This document shows, in pieces, positions 23,273-35,983 of a stretch of DNA of 64,000 bases. The first letter of the stretch is position 1, and every line of letters starts with the position of its first letter. The notes under the pieces were generated by a model. It saw only the letters and a list, made by a program, of their open reading frames with translations, had not been told where the DNA came from and did not search any database. The DNA comes from Lepidodermella squamata (Eukaryota > Animalia > Gastrotricha). A program made the position numbers and the translations under genes. The stretch spans positions 4,030,001 through 4,094,000 of the forward strand of contig JBLDXI010000054.1 of assembly GCA_047495785.1 (NCBI GenBank). The letters are read 5' to 3'.

Positions 23273-26200
23273 CTACTTTTTACCGGCTGGTTTCGCCGGC
23301 GTCGATGACGTCGCCTTGCCGGCCGGAGCAGCCGCGGGTGCAGCACCCTTGGCGCCCGCAGCCGGCGCCGCCGCGGCCTGGCCAGGCTTCGCAGCGCCCG
23401 CCGCCGCCGGAGCAGCCGCCGCAGCACCTGCAGCGCCGGCTGCCGGCGCCGAGGACGACGCGCCACCCGTCGGGCCGTCCGGGTTCTTCGCGGCTGCGAT
23501 CTGCGCCAGGTACTGCTTGACGCGATCGGGCCGGCCCTCCTTAACAGCGGCCGTCGCCTCCTCGGCTTTGATGCGCTGCAGCACAGTCTGGTAGGACTTG
23601 CCCTCGAGGATCTTCTCGGAGACACCCTGCAGCTCAAACTCGGTGTAGGCCTTCTTCATCACATTGAACAGCACCGTGAGCTGGTACTGGCTCAGGCTCT
23701 TGCCGGCACGCGCCGCCAGCCACTCGCCGATCATTCGCATCTGGCTGCCGAACCAACGCTCGAAAATCGTCAGTACGTATATCTCGTCGACGATGCGTGT
23801 CCGCAACGCTTCAATGTTGGCGCCAACAAACCGCACGTAGTCCTTACCCATCTCGTCCGAGCCAGGTTGAAGCGGTTTCTATTGAAAAAAATCTAATTAA
23901 ATTTGGCTAAAATTAAACCGAGTTGAAACTAACGGCGATAGACAACACGCTGGACATGATGGAGCCTTCGTCGAAGCGCGCCATTTTCTTGAGCATCTCG
24001 TCGAGAATCGACGTGAGCTTTTCGGTGATGAGTTTAGTGAACTGGTTGAGCGTCGACTCGATCTCCTCCTCGAAGGCGGCGCGGTACTGCTGCGGCTGCG
24101 TGTGGGCGGCGATGGCGGCGGGCAGGTGGCACAGCTTCACCGACTGGTTCTTGAAGTCGATGATGACGTTGAGCATGACGCAGACCTCGGGCGGCAGCAC
24201 GTAGTCGGTGCCGCGGCCGCCCTTCTTCATCCACAGCTCGAAGGCGGCGAGGATGCGCGCGACAGCAGCTTGGATCATATCACACGCCATCTGCTTGAGC
24301 CGCACTTCCAGGTGCTCGCCGAACACCTCCTCCGGCCAGTGCAGGTCGTGGATAAACGACTGCAAGGCGTCCAATTTCCACAGCATGTCTTCCGATGTCG
24401 CACAGCCGTTGCTAAAGCGACAAATACACAGAGCATAATTTTAAAGATGTTAAAATTTCCGAAAAAGTTTGTGGAAAAATTTAAAACGACAAAATAATCC
24501 AAAAAACAAGCACAGGTATGTAGACTGTTTTTCTAGGGTCACCAGATGACTTGGAAAACTAAAGACTTCGGAGAATTTGACCATTTTTTTGGTCACATTT
24601 CCTTCTTCCGAAAAAATATTCAAAAATAGCGTGAAAATAGCCAAAGTTCGAGCCCTACAGAATTCGACTAAAAACCAGCATGTTAAGTTTTCACGAAAAA
24701 TTCTGAAAATAGTCGTCATTTGGGTGATAGCTAATATTTTGAACGCGGAATTTCGAGCTTTTTGGCGGAAAAATTTTAAATATGAAAATTTGAAAGGGTT
24801 CCAGCCTGGTAAGAATTTCGATTTTTGAACGCCCAGGGTTAGGTTTTGAGAGGCCCAGAGCTAGCCAGTTACAAACTCAAAATGAATCCTTGAGATCGAG
24901 GTTTCGGCCTTGGATCGGGGACCGGTTCCAAGTATGCCTTAACTTCAAACTCATTTCCCATAAATTTCAAAAATTCCTCCTTAAAAATGTTAAAAATCGA
25001 TAATTTTTGCTCTAGTTGACTCACTCTTGTGGTTTCCATTTCTCCTGATCGAAGCCACGCGCAACAGACTGGGCGATAGAAGACTCCATGAGATCAACAT
25101 AGCGAATGACTTGGGGTGCGAAAATGTCTTGTATCCTCGAGTGGAAAATTCCGTTCTTCAGATTTTCTGTTTGCAAATGCATAAATCATGAATGGTGAAG
25201 CCTAGTTTCATATAGACTAACTGTCTGTGATGAGATAATCGTTGAGCAGCTGAAACAACGGGAAGCTGTCCCACGTATCAGGCGGTTGCAGCTCGAGTAC
25301 GCCGTTCATGTCGACGGCGAAAAGCGACCAAAATGTCTCAGAGTGATGCGTTAGCAGGTCGTTGCAGAACGTAAACGACTGTAGCAAAAATAACGGAAAA
25401 ATCGAGAATTAATTTTATGTTAAATAATAATAAAATAACGATTTCGAAAGGATGTTGACAACAAGTGCTAAGGGTCATTCCGAAATAATAAAGTAGGCAA
25501 AATTGACGAGTTAATTTTTTTGATAGATCAGTTTTTTTTGGCCATCTCCAGAGAAGGTCGTGCAAATAAAGAGACGTCACAGTGCGCAATATGGCAACCC
25601 TTTTTTCGTTATTTGTCATGGAAAAACACGTTTCCGGGCAACAGTTGACAGCAGTTAAAAAAGCCGACAATATAAGACACAACTCACCGCTCTAAATTCC
25701 TGTTGGTTTTAAATATATTGATGATAAGAAAGAGTTCAATGGTGAAATTGAAAGAAAATTATGATGCGTTGCGGATTAGAGTAAAGTTTGTTTTTGTGTA
25801 AATTCAGAAATTAAACATCAACGCGGATAAGCTCGATAAAACTTACATCTGCATAATTCTCCTCATTCTGGCGCAGGGTGTCGATGCAGAGTTCGGCGAG
25901 ATGCATCAACTCTTCGAGGCGTGTTTGATAAGTCGGAGCCGCCATCATAGCCTCTGTGGAAATAGATTGCAAACGCAACATGTTAAATCGCACGGTAAAC
26001 AGACGGACAACTTAATACAAAGACAACATAGAATTTACACAACTAGAATGCACGTATTCAATTAAAATAATTATATTGCTAAGGAATGCTTGGTACAAAA
26101 TAATAACGAGTAAACAGTCGAGTTGTAATCAAGAGGCAAGTGAACACAAATGGCGACAAGACAAGGGGCACGGCGATCATTCGAGCTACTACCTTGTTGT

Positions 26201-29200
26201 TGCTGCAGCGTGTAATAACCCTGTTGCTGCAGCTGGTTCTGTTTAGCTTGTTGGGCTAAACGGTGATAAATATCGAATGAGAAAACAAAATCAGTTTATG
26301 AGCGCAAAAAGCGGTAAGCATTATGATATTCTTCATAATTTCTATCATTGGCGAATTCTCATATATGAACTTTCGGTTATACACAAAAAATTGAATCACC
26401 CTTAAATTCGCCGAAAATGATTTTTTTCGATCAGGCTGTGCTTACCTTCGATGCGGGCGTATTCGGAAATCTGCGTGTAGTTGACGTAAGCAGCGTTCTC
26501 GAGCCACTTTTTGAGCACGGCCTGAATCTCGTCGGGGTTGGCCGGCGTCGTCCAGTCCTTCATGAGGACCTTCTCGAGCAGGCCAAGGGCCGACTTGAGA
26601 GCACCTTCGGGCCGGCCGAACGGAAAGCAGTAGCGGAAGTTCGTGATCTGGTACTCGAGCAGCGTCGCCAGCCGCTGCTTTATCACCAAAAGCCGGTCAC
26701 GCTCCTCGACCATGATCGACGCAAGTCCGTCCGGCTTGCCGCCCGACACCTGGCTCAAGCAGAACGAAAACGCCATGAGCACGAGAGCCGGGTCGATGAC
26801 CACGCCCTGTTCGCACCGGTCCAGGCAGTCGGCGATCAGCGACAGGTACCGCAACGACCCGCGCACGCCGTAACGCGCGCAGTACTCATCGATGACGTAG
26901 GTCTGACTCGGCGAAAACCAGCCCAGCGACGCGAACTCATCCGCCAGCCGGTAGTCCAGCGTTAGGCTCTGTAATTTGGCTAGTAACAGCGGCTGGTCGA
27001 ACTTGTTCGGCGCCGCCTGCACCAGTTCGTCGTACTGGCGAAGCTGGCCAGCGGCGACTGGAGCGCCCGGAGCACCCTTGGCGCCTTGAAGGGCGTTGCT
27101 GCTGTCGGAGCCGAGCGCGTCCATGCCGCCAGTGGGCGTCGGCGGGCGGGGAGGGTTCGGTTGACCAGTCGCGCGGGACAACGACTGCACCCACTGGTGC
27201 TGTTCGCGCTGGTCATCCGTCGCCAGCACTAGGGTGTCGTTATCCTTAGTCAGATTGAAGAAGAATTTCCCACCAGGGCCGAGATCGACCGGCGAACAGT
27301 AGTCGACAACATAACCAGTTAGCGCCATGAACTCGGCAGGTTCGACCTTCTTTTCTACAAACTGACACAGCGCGAATGTGTATTGGGACACCTAGAAATC
27401 GGGGGAGAAATGGGCAGTAGAATCGCTAGATGAAAGATGAATGCTGAATTTACCTGAACAAGAATCATGTACCGCTTCTTCCACTGCCGCCATCGCAACC
27501 GGCCTTGAACGTAAATGTTACCGGCACACTTCATGTTCAGCGGCTTGTCCATCGAACAGCTGACGCGAATTTTGATGTCTTTAAGGGCGGTTTTCGACTT
27601 GGGGATCGTGAAGTCCTCTTCCCTGTTGAACTCCGCCGTCGGGGTTATGACAACGCGCCCTAGTTCTGTGTCTTCGAGGCTGAGCATACCCGATTTCTCC
27701 GCCATAAGTTTAACTTTAACGAGGGGAAGTGGCATGGGCGTGGTGAATTCGGCCTCGGTGTTGAATTTCGGGTTCTGCGCCTCGGCCTGGTTTGTCTGCA
27801 ACTTCTCAGTGCCTTCCACCTCCATGGTGCAGTAGACAATTTTGTTCGGCGGGAGGAAATCGAGTCCTTGAACACGCCGTACAATCACCGAGATGTTGAA
27901 CTGGAGGCGAATGTCCGTCTTCGACAGGTTGACCTCGCGCCCGCCCGAGTCGGCCATGCCCGAGTTCGCCTGAGATCCGGACGACGTCGAGCCGGAGCGG
28001 TTGCGCGAGTTTGAGGCGGAGGCGGACGCCGAGCCTTTGCCGCCGGGCAGCTTCGACTTGGACGCCTTCGCCTTCGCCTCTCGAGCCTCGCGCTCTTTTA
28101 TCACAGGCACATTCTCGAGGTTGTGCTTCAACCGGTGGATCTGCGCCTTCAGCTCCTCGATAAACATACCATCCATCTGCGGCGCAATCAGCAACGGAAT
28201 ATTTGCCCGCTTCGCCTGTAAAAAACAACGGGTTTCGATGTTATTACTGCCTTAATTTTCTTTAAATCACGAAAATATCGACCACAAATAAAAAAATCAG
28301 GATAACGAAGAGACAAGACAAACACATTTTTGACATCAATCTCACCGTTGTACTGTATTGCGAGATGAGAAACGCCTGTTTGGAAACGCACATTTTTCAT
28401 GGTTTAAATTCCCGTTCTCATTTTCATTCATTTCATTTTTTTAATTAAGGATTGAATCCGGGACGAACCTTGGCAATGACCTCGACAGCCTGGTGCCGCT
28501 GCTCAAGCTCGCGCCGAATCTGCGCCGTCTGCTCGTCTTGGTTGTCAAACTGCGGAAAAAAATAGTCATCATCTTTCCGTCACAATTAGTTCCGCCATAT
28601 AATATTTAGCAGCGCTTGTCCAATTACTAGTTTTTTTTCTCATGACCCAAAAAATGTATTATTCTAACCAGGAGATACGCAAGTTTTCCCTTGATAGCCC
28701 AACAGCGCGGGGGTTTTTTTCTTCAGCTGAATCCCTCAGCAGATTTGATCATCGCGGTTCGGCTCATTTTTGAGCTGCGATCTGTAATTCGGAACGGCGC
28801 GCATGACAGAGAGAAAAAACAGCGCAAATTCGAAATCGAGTTACGCTGCGATGACATGCATTTTTCGGTTCGAAGTCTGGTGAGTGAAACGCACACACAG
28901 TGCAAAAATCGATAATAAACCGCGAAAGTAATCGATCAAACAGCGATTAAATATAGCTGAAGGTGTCCTAACGGACATTGCTTATGGCAAAATTTGTTGC
29001 GCAGTCAAAATTACTACATATTTAGGCTGGTAATTGCAGCCTTCCTTTTCATACTCGCCACAAGGTCAGTGCAAGGCCAAATAGCCCAAAGGAAGCTTCA
29101 AATATTCTACTACGCAATTAATTCGCTATTAGCGCATCTTGTGATAAGATTTTTAAAACCTAAAAAGTAAAAAAATCCAGCTTAAAGAAATTATTCTAAC

Positions 29201-30376
29201 CTGAACAGCCCGCTTGATGACTTCAATGTCGCCGGCTCGAATTTTGAGAATATTGGCGAAAATGGCGACCAGCTGAGGTGTTGAAATGTTGAGCTCTGCC
29301 TTGACTTTACTCTCTCGGCCTCGCAAGTCGTCATCGCCGCGGAAAATGGCGTCAAACTTGGACATCCAGGAGTTGAGAACCGTCTCCTTAGACATGCCAC
29401 GTGGCAGCTCCGGCAAGCTGCGGATTCGTTTTTCGATGTTATTGTGAAAAACCTCGCGAAAGTCATTCGCAGACCACGCGCCTTGGTTGACCATTCGCTG
29501 CACGCGCTCACTCTTGAGAAAGACTTCAACATAAGACTGAACGGCGTTCGTAAACGCCTCGTCGCACTGAATCTGCGGATTCTCGCCGCGAAGAAACGCC
29601 GCGAACCGGTCTTTGATGACGTTCAACTGCTGGACGGTGACGCGGAGTTGCCGCCGCGGCGCGTCTTGCGGTTGCTTCGCGTTGAACGGGTACGCGATGC
29701 AGCGCAGGACGAAAACGAACATTTGATAGCGCTCGTTGCGGTCGATTTCGTCGCCGCCCGTCGCCGAGCCGGCCATCGGCACGACCTGGCCCGCTGTTGG
29801 GTCTGTCCCGCCCGAGGCGATGCTTTGCGTGTCGCTGAAACTGGCCGAGGCGGGCGGGCTCACACCGGGTACCTGTTGCGCCTGTTGTACCGGCTGTTGC
29901 GCTTGGGCAACTCGCTGCTGCGGCTGCTGTTGAGGCTGTTGTACCTGTTGCTGTTGGCTTTGCATCGCCTGTTGCTGCTGCTGATATTGCATTTGCTGTT
30001 GTTGAATTTGCAGCAGGTATTGCTGTTGTTGTTGAGGGGTCAACTGCTGCATTTGCAGCATTTGCTGCTGGGTCAACTGCGGCTGTTGGTAAAACTGCTG
30101 CTGCTGTTGCGGTTGCCCATTCGGCATCATTTGCCCACCGCGTAGTTGCTGCTGCTGCTGTTGTTGTTGCTGTTGTTGCTGTTGTTGCATAGCCATCATT
30201 TGCTGCTGCTGCATCATGTACTGTTGCTGCTGTTGGGGTGTCATCATTTGCGCCTGTTGAGGCATTTGGCCCCCGTACTGCTGCTGAGGCACCATTTGCT
30301 GCTGAGCCGACGGCTGGCGGGCTTGTCGCCCGTAATGCCCGCCGCCGTCCTCCTCGTCCGACGAGTTGTGAATCAT
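23273..30376 (-). CDS. CADPS: Calcium-dependent secretion activator CAPS/UNC-31; exons 30376-29201, 28549-28469, 28215-27453, 27392-26446, 26255-26193, 25953-25847, 25699-25688, 25378-25222, 25166-25025, 24411-23934, 23878-23273
   Basis: Motifs [30 protein letters not shown]2 [61 protein letters not shown] and [18 protein letters not shown]. Junctions are GT-AG and in frame. Confidence 0.95.
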
Positions 30377-30855
30377 TTACGCTGAACAGATAGGTATTCG
30401 TTGTAGTATCACCACCAACGTCGTTATTGTTGGAAATAAATTTAAAACAAAGTTCACAATAATAAATTATACAAAACGAATCTATAATATTTGGGAGACA
30501 AAAAAAATTGAATAGAAAAAAGATTGCGTCAATTAGCAGTTAGCCGAATATCTACTTAGAAGTGATGTCGTACGACGTGATGGGCAGCAAATTTTTGCAA
30601 TAATAATAATAATAAATACGCGAATTGTTTTACTACGCGCGGCACATACGTCGGCTATTATTACTATGTGGCGGCATTATTTGCCGCCTGCGAGATTTAT
30701 CAACAAGCACGGATTTCATCGAAAAACTATATCGACGATGGGGCGCAGCAGCCATCGCGCCAGCGTACGGATAAATACACATTATCATAGGCGCGCGCGA
30801 GTGAGGCTGGGTCTCGGCTGGTTGATTCACTTTGGCAATATCTGCCATGAGGCTC

Positions 30856-31020
30856 TAGTAGTAGTAGTAGTAGTTGTAGTAGTAGTAATGGTTGTAGTAG
30901 TAATAGTAGTACTTCGCATTGCTAGCAGCCTTCGTAGTACTACAACAGCATATCAATATGCTGATGACGACGAGACGAAAACTACGACGACGACGACGAC
31001 GACGGCGGCTGCGGCGGCGC
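30856..31020. repeat. (GTA)n and (GAC)n microsatellites upstream of CAPS
   Basis: Visible tagtagtag... and acgacgacg... runs. Confidence 0.8.
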
Positions 31021-33034
31021 AAGAAACGAAGATTTTATAAAATATACGCACGCGCATGTGTCTATGCGGCGGGCGCGCTCGCTCGCTCGCACTAGTCGAT
31101 ATCGCTCGCGCACGCGCATTTTTATTGTGATTTCGTTTGGCGCGCACTGGAGAGCCAAATCGATAGATCTTAACGCGACTTTGTCGTTTCGCAGCGAACC
31201 TCTTGCTTAACTTGAGAGTATTCGCCGCTCATCGCGAAGCCACAAAGCCACATGCGAAAGGCGACGAGGCTGCATGCGATATATGTGCTGCTTGCTGCTG
31301 CTGGTTGCTATTCCCTTCACCGTGATACAGTACTATTATTATTATTGAAACAGCGAGATCCATATATATGAAATTACTACCTACTCCGACGATTACTCTA
31401 CTACACAGTGTGATGCATGGATGGCTGGAAGCGCTCGCGATTTCTCAATCACAAAACATACAATAATGCTAATATATCGCGCCATCGGGGAAAAGATAAA
31501 TGGCCAATCTTCGGCGCCGCGTGCCACTACAAAAATACTGCACGCAATTCAAGAGACCAGAAGACACGACGCGCAAATTATGATGATGGCCTTAAAATAT
31601 AGAGAGACGCGAATATACAGACTAATTTATTGCTACGCATTATTATGATGAAATCAATCATTACTGATGAGGGGGCTTGAGGCCAACCAATTCACCGCAA
31701 ATCAACTGCGCGACTCGGGGCCAAAGACACGACGGCGAAACGCAGCTAAAAACACGCACGAATATATGCGAAATGCGTGGTTCATTCATGCGGAAAACAT
31801 ATTGTACATAGCTACAACAACTCGGGAGTATGATGCGCAGGTGAGTGGCTTGTAAAATGGGTGACACGACCCGTGTCTAATGGAAGTCCATGGCGATGAG
31901 TGCGAAAAAACGTGCGAAAAATAGTATCAAATAATAATTGTGGGTGGAATAGTAGAGCTCCCCGAGTAGTAACTGACTCAGCAAAGGCTAGCCAAGTTAA
32001 ATCTGTGCTGCAGCGCATATTTCTTCTACTTCACACCTGCGTGTTTCTCCTAAGATTTTTTTAAGAAAAATACAGCAAACAATAATAAGCGAGATGCGCA
32101 TTGCAGTATTGATTGTGTTGTTAGAAAAGCGCTGTTAATAATTGAGAAGAATTTATCAGTTGTGTATCGGCTATTGGAGTAAAACTTGGAAACCGCAGCA
32201 GCAGCTGTCGCTTCAACTTGATGTTCTAATCATTGTACTTCATCCATTTGCATTAAAATTGCGGGCTCGGAGAAAGCACTTGAAAATAGCACTGATATGA
32301 TGCTCGAGAGAAAAAATTGGCCCGAGTGGAATAGCAAAAAAGAGCAGCGTCGCCTAAGACAGATCGGGTGGTATCGACCGGCGAATAGAACAAAAAAACC
32401 CGCGCTTATGCCGAAAGCTGACCGGGCCAACGGAGCAGCAAGAGAGCAATGTATAAACGATAATTTTCGTCGCTGTATTTTGCATTTTGTATTAATAATA
32501 ACAATAGTAACAGCCATCATGGTAATAATAGCCTGTAGTCGTTGATGGGAATCGATCGCTGCGCAGCACTGAACATATTGGTGATGGTAGTAAAACGGCT
32601 TCATAGCAATATTTTTCGACAGCAGCGCTGAAATTTTTTACATCGCAAAGCAAACATCAGCCGGCCGATAATTGCAAGCTTTCGATCTTCAAACAACACA
32701 GGTGTATATATTGTTTCATGATGCACATATAAAGCGGCTCGGCGAACGTAATCAAGCCAAACCAGGAAGTTGCGTCACTTACGCAATAAAACAAAAAACG
32801 AGCCACACCAAAGCGCACACAATAAAAACGACGCTCGACGCCTGCATTGATTTGCGGTCAAATATACCATTAGTGTGAAAGAAATGTGTTCAGCTTTCTT
32901 TGCGGTGTTCAAGTCTCGAGTTAATCAGGCAGCTATTTCAAGCGTAGTTTCAAAATTATCAAAGCAAACGGTAATTGCAAAAGCATTACAACATCGAAAC
33001 AATTTATTAAGCGTATTTCAGTTCTTGTATAAAA

Positions 33035-33537
33035 TTAATCTATCCATTTCGAATAAAGGGACTCCAGAAACGCACGCCCACGTGACTTTTTCGCGACCGA
33101 TTCCGGTTGCGCCTCTTGTTCGGCTGACTCCAGCAGAGGGGATTTGAAAACACTTGGCAAGTCTTGGAACCACTCTTTAGGTGGCTCTTTCCGATATTCC
33201 CAAGCATCGTTCGCTAATGCCGCTTGCCTCCGCTTAGCTAACCGTTCTTCTTCGTGTTGAACAATGCTTTTCAGCTAAACAAAAATGGAGTATAGGGTGT
33301 TTCACTAAACGAACGGTGAACAATAATACCAACATGATCCGTATTTCCTGTTTCAAGATATTGCGTACAGGCCATAAAATCTTCTTTCCAACTGGCACAG
33401 TCAGCGTATTTCCCATAAACAAAGTACTGATTGAATCGGCCACGCCAGCCAGTGCACGCTCTATATTCCTCGTCGTACAAATCACAGGGAACCCGGACCA
33501 GGGGCAGATTTTCTGCTGGCTCGGTTCTTTCCACCAT
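33035..33537 (-). CDS. C22orf39: UPF0545 / C22orf39 (Emi1-like twin Cx9C) protein; exons 33537-33334 and 33274-33035
   Basis: PCDLYDEEYRAC...RFNQYFVYGKYADCASWKEDFMAC spliced to LKSIVQHEEERL...NDAWEYRKEPPKEW. Confidence 0.85.
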
Positions 33538-33669
33538 CTTAATTATAACCTAATGGAAATTAAACAAATTTTCATTCCCACGTTTCCAAGTTATTTTATG
33601 TCAAAAGATTGATAAACAAGAGACTGCTGCACAACTAATTCAAACAAATTATCAGGTTAGCAACAATTG

Positions 33670-34750
33670 CTATTTGCTCGTCTGTTCGAATTGGTGCTTC
33701 AGGATATAGTGCAAAGGTCGAAAATAATTCAGCTTATTGATAATCCAATATGAAGGAAGTTGACTATCGACCGATGGTGACCGAAACGTTCTGACGAATC
33801 GATAATTACACACGAATTCTGCCGAATTACCAGAAATAAACATGAAATTACGCCGAAATGCAGTTAACTTACCATTCGGACCAAAGGGAACGAATGCATT
33901 CGAAACAACAGAGCCAGCCTGGCGAAGCCTTTCCAAGCCTTCAGCTCCAGATGATTCAATAGCGTCGCGCATTGATGAAAGCCCATGCTAGAAAAACGCT
34001 CGTAAAATTTGAACCGAAGATCACGTGATTAGCTTACCTGCCCATGAACGACGAAAAGAATTTCAACAAATTTTTCATCTGCAATAAAAGAATGCTGATA
34101 TTCACCGTAAACTATATTTCCCAATAATTACTGGTTTGATCATCCATAATCACGCCGATCTCATAGATGAAGGTCCGAAGTATATCTTCGGGGTTGATAC
34201 GCAGGAATTCTCTCTGCTGCATCGACATTTTCGCTAGGTTTTCCCTGACTTCCGCAAGGGCGTCAGCGCTCATCACATCGGCCTCTTCGACAGCAGCAAT
34301 ATCGCCATTCGCTAAATTATTAGAGACCTTAAGAACAGCCTGGGTTGCGCCAGAAATAAAGCTTGCGATCGAAAAATCGTGATCGAAGTAACCGCGGATC
34401 AGTATTTCAAACAACCGGTTTCGGATAGATTTCCAGAAATTTGGTAAAAAATAAAAGGGCAAGTCGGAGAGAAAAACGTGATCGCGAACGTAATCTGGCA
34501 ACTGAGGCGTTTCATTCGGGCTTTGAGATGACGGCTCTTCGTTCTTGCGATCATGAATGCACTGCAAGCTTCGCGATATGTTGAAATTACGCCGTTGAAG
34601 CTTAACAACGGGATTTCTATCGAACATCATCTTATCAGGGTGGCGATCGGAACATGGTGAACAATGGACAGTCGAAGCTGAAACTGCTAGCCACCGGCGT
34701 TCGACGACAGGTCTTGTAAGAGAAAGAAATCGAGATATATTTCTTGCCAT
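33670..34750 (-). CDS. MAIP1: m-AAA protease-interacting protein 1, mitochondrial; exons 34750-34132, 34078-34038, 33987-33873, 33818-33670
   Basis: Arg/Ser-rich presequence, then IRGYFDHDFSIASFISGATQAV..VSNNLA, KFVEIL and FVCNYRF..W.I motifs typical of MAIP1/C2orf47. Confidence 0.8.
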
Positions 34751-34801
34751 TTAATAGTTCTATCAACAAGACAATGTAAAACAATATAAATTTATTGACT
34801 A

Positions 34802-35983
34802 TCAGAGGGAGAGATACTCTTGCATGAGAGCTGACAACCGATCTTCTCGATCAGTTGCTTGCAGAGCTTCAATAATATTGACTAAAGTTTGACCACCACT
34901 CATTACGTCATCTAAATCGTGAGTGCCGGGAATATCAGATGAAAGGCGATGATCAGTTACTCGCCTGCGTGGCCAGTTGTAAGTTCTGATTTTCTCGGAG
35001 CGAGATTTCGAGCCTGCTTGGAGCCTACGATTCGCCCGTTCATTAGAGAGCTGGCTTTCCAACTTTTGCTCATATAATATCGCTCGCAGCTTAGATAATG
35101 CGAGCTCCCGATTTTTATGCTGAGAACGTTCCTCTTGGCAGGTCACGATGATTCCAGTTGGATTATGAACTATCCGTATAGCGCTATCCGTGCGATTGAC
35201 GTGCTGACCGCCCGGCCCTGATGAGCGGAAAGATGTAATATGAAGGTCATTTGGATTCAGAGATACTTGAATTTCGTCAGGTTGTGGCATCAAAACTACG
35301 GCTGCGGTCGAAGTATGCAAGCGACCCAATCGTTCAGTTTTCGGAACTCGTTGAACGCGATGAATACCGCCTTCAAACCGCAGAATTTTGTAAGCTTCGT
35401 TGCCAGTTATCGTAGCAAACGCTTTTCTTGCACCTCCTATTTCAGTGTGATCACACTCAAGAGGGACAAATTTTAGACCAAGAGCTGGCACTACCCTCTC
35501 GTACATTTCGAAAAGGTCGTTGGCCCAAATCATAGCCTCTTGTCCTCCGACGCCGGCAGAAATTTCAATAGTTGCCGCGCTTATTTCCGCACCAACTGCT
35601 GGGTAGACAAATTCTGTTAACTCCTCCAAACAGTTGACAAGAGCGAGATTTCGATCAGAGATGTCATCTGCTGCTAACCTCTGAAGGTCGTCGCTGTGTT
35701 CAAGACTTTTGGAAGACTCACGACTGAAAGCTTCCAAGTCTCTCACTTCCTCGCGAATGGATACGATTTTTGAGCACAAATCAGTCACTATAGACCTGTT
35801 CTTATGATTAATCGTTGGTCGTTTTTCAGCGATTGATACTAATTTCACAAATGAGCTGTCTTTAGATAGCTTTTCAGCGAATGACCTGGCCGTTTCGATC
35901 TTAGACGCAGAATGGTCAGCAGATAAGTAGCGGATGCAGCATGAAAATTTTCCGCATCTCAATATTCTTAGGATACTCTGCAT
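34802..35983 (-). CDS. MTRF1L: Mitochondrial peptide chain release factor 1-like
   Basis: AGVGGQEA, EGGIHRVQRVPKTE (PxT), GPGGQHVN and RSEKIRTYN motifs with an N-terminal presequence. Confidence 0.92.
   Translation of the reverse strand: MQSILRILRCGKFSCCIRYLSADHSASKIETARSFAEKLSKDSSFVKLVSIAEKRPTINHKNRSIVTDLCSKIVSIREEVRDLEAFSRESSKSLEHSDDLQRLAADDISDRNLALVNCLEELTEFVYPAVGAEISAATIEISAGVGGQEAMIWANDLFEMYERVVPALGLKFVPLECDHTEIGGARKAFATITGNEAYKILRFEGGIHRVQRVPKTERLGRLHTSTAAVVLMPQPDEIQVSLNPNDLHITSFRSSGPGGQHVNRTDSAIRIVHNPTGIIVTCQEERSQHKNRELALSKLRAILYEQKLESQLSNERANRRLQAGSKSRSEKIRTYNWPRRRVTDHRLSSDIPGTHDLDDVMSGGQTLVNIIEALQATDREDRLSALMQEYLSL

Noticed and set aside
24535-24733. Degenerate hAT-like inverted ends in a CAPS intron
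   Set aside because: The ends are too diverged and no TSD was identified.
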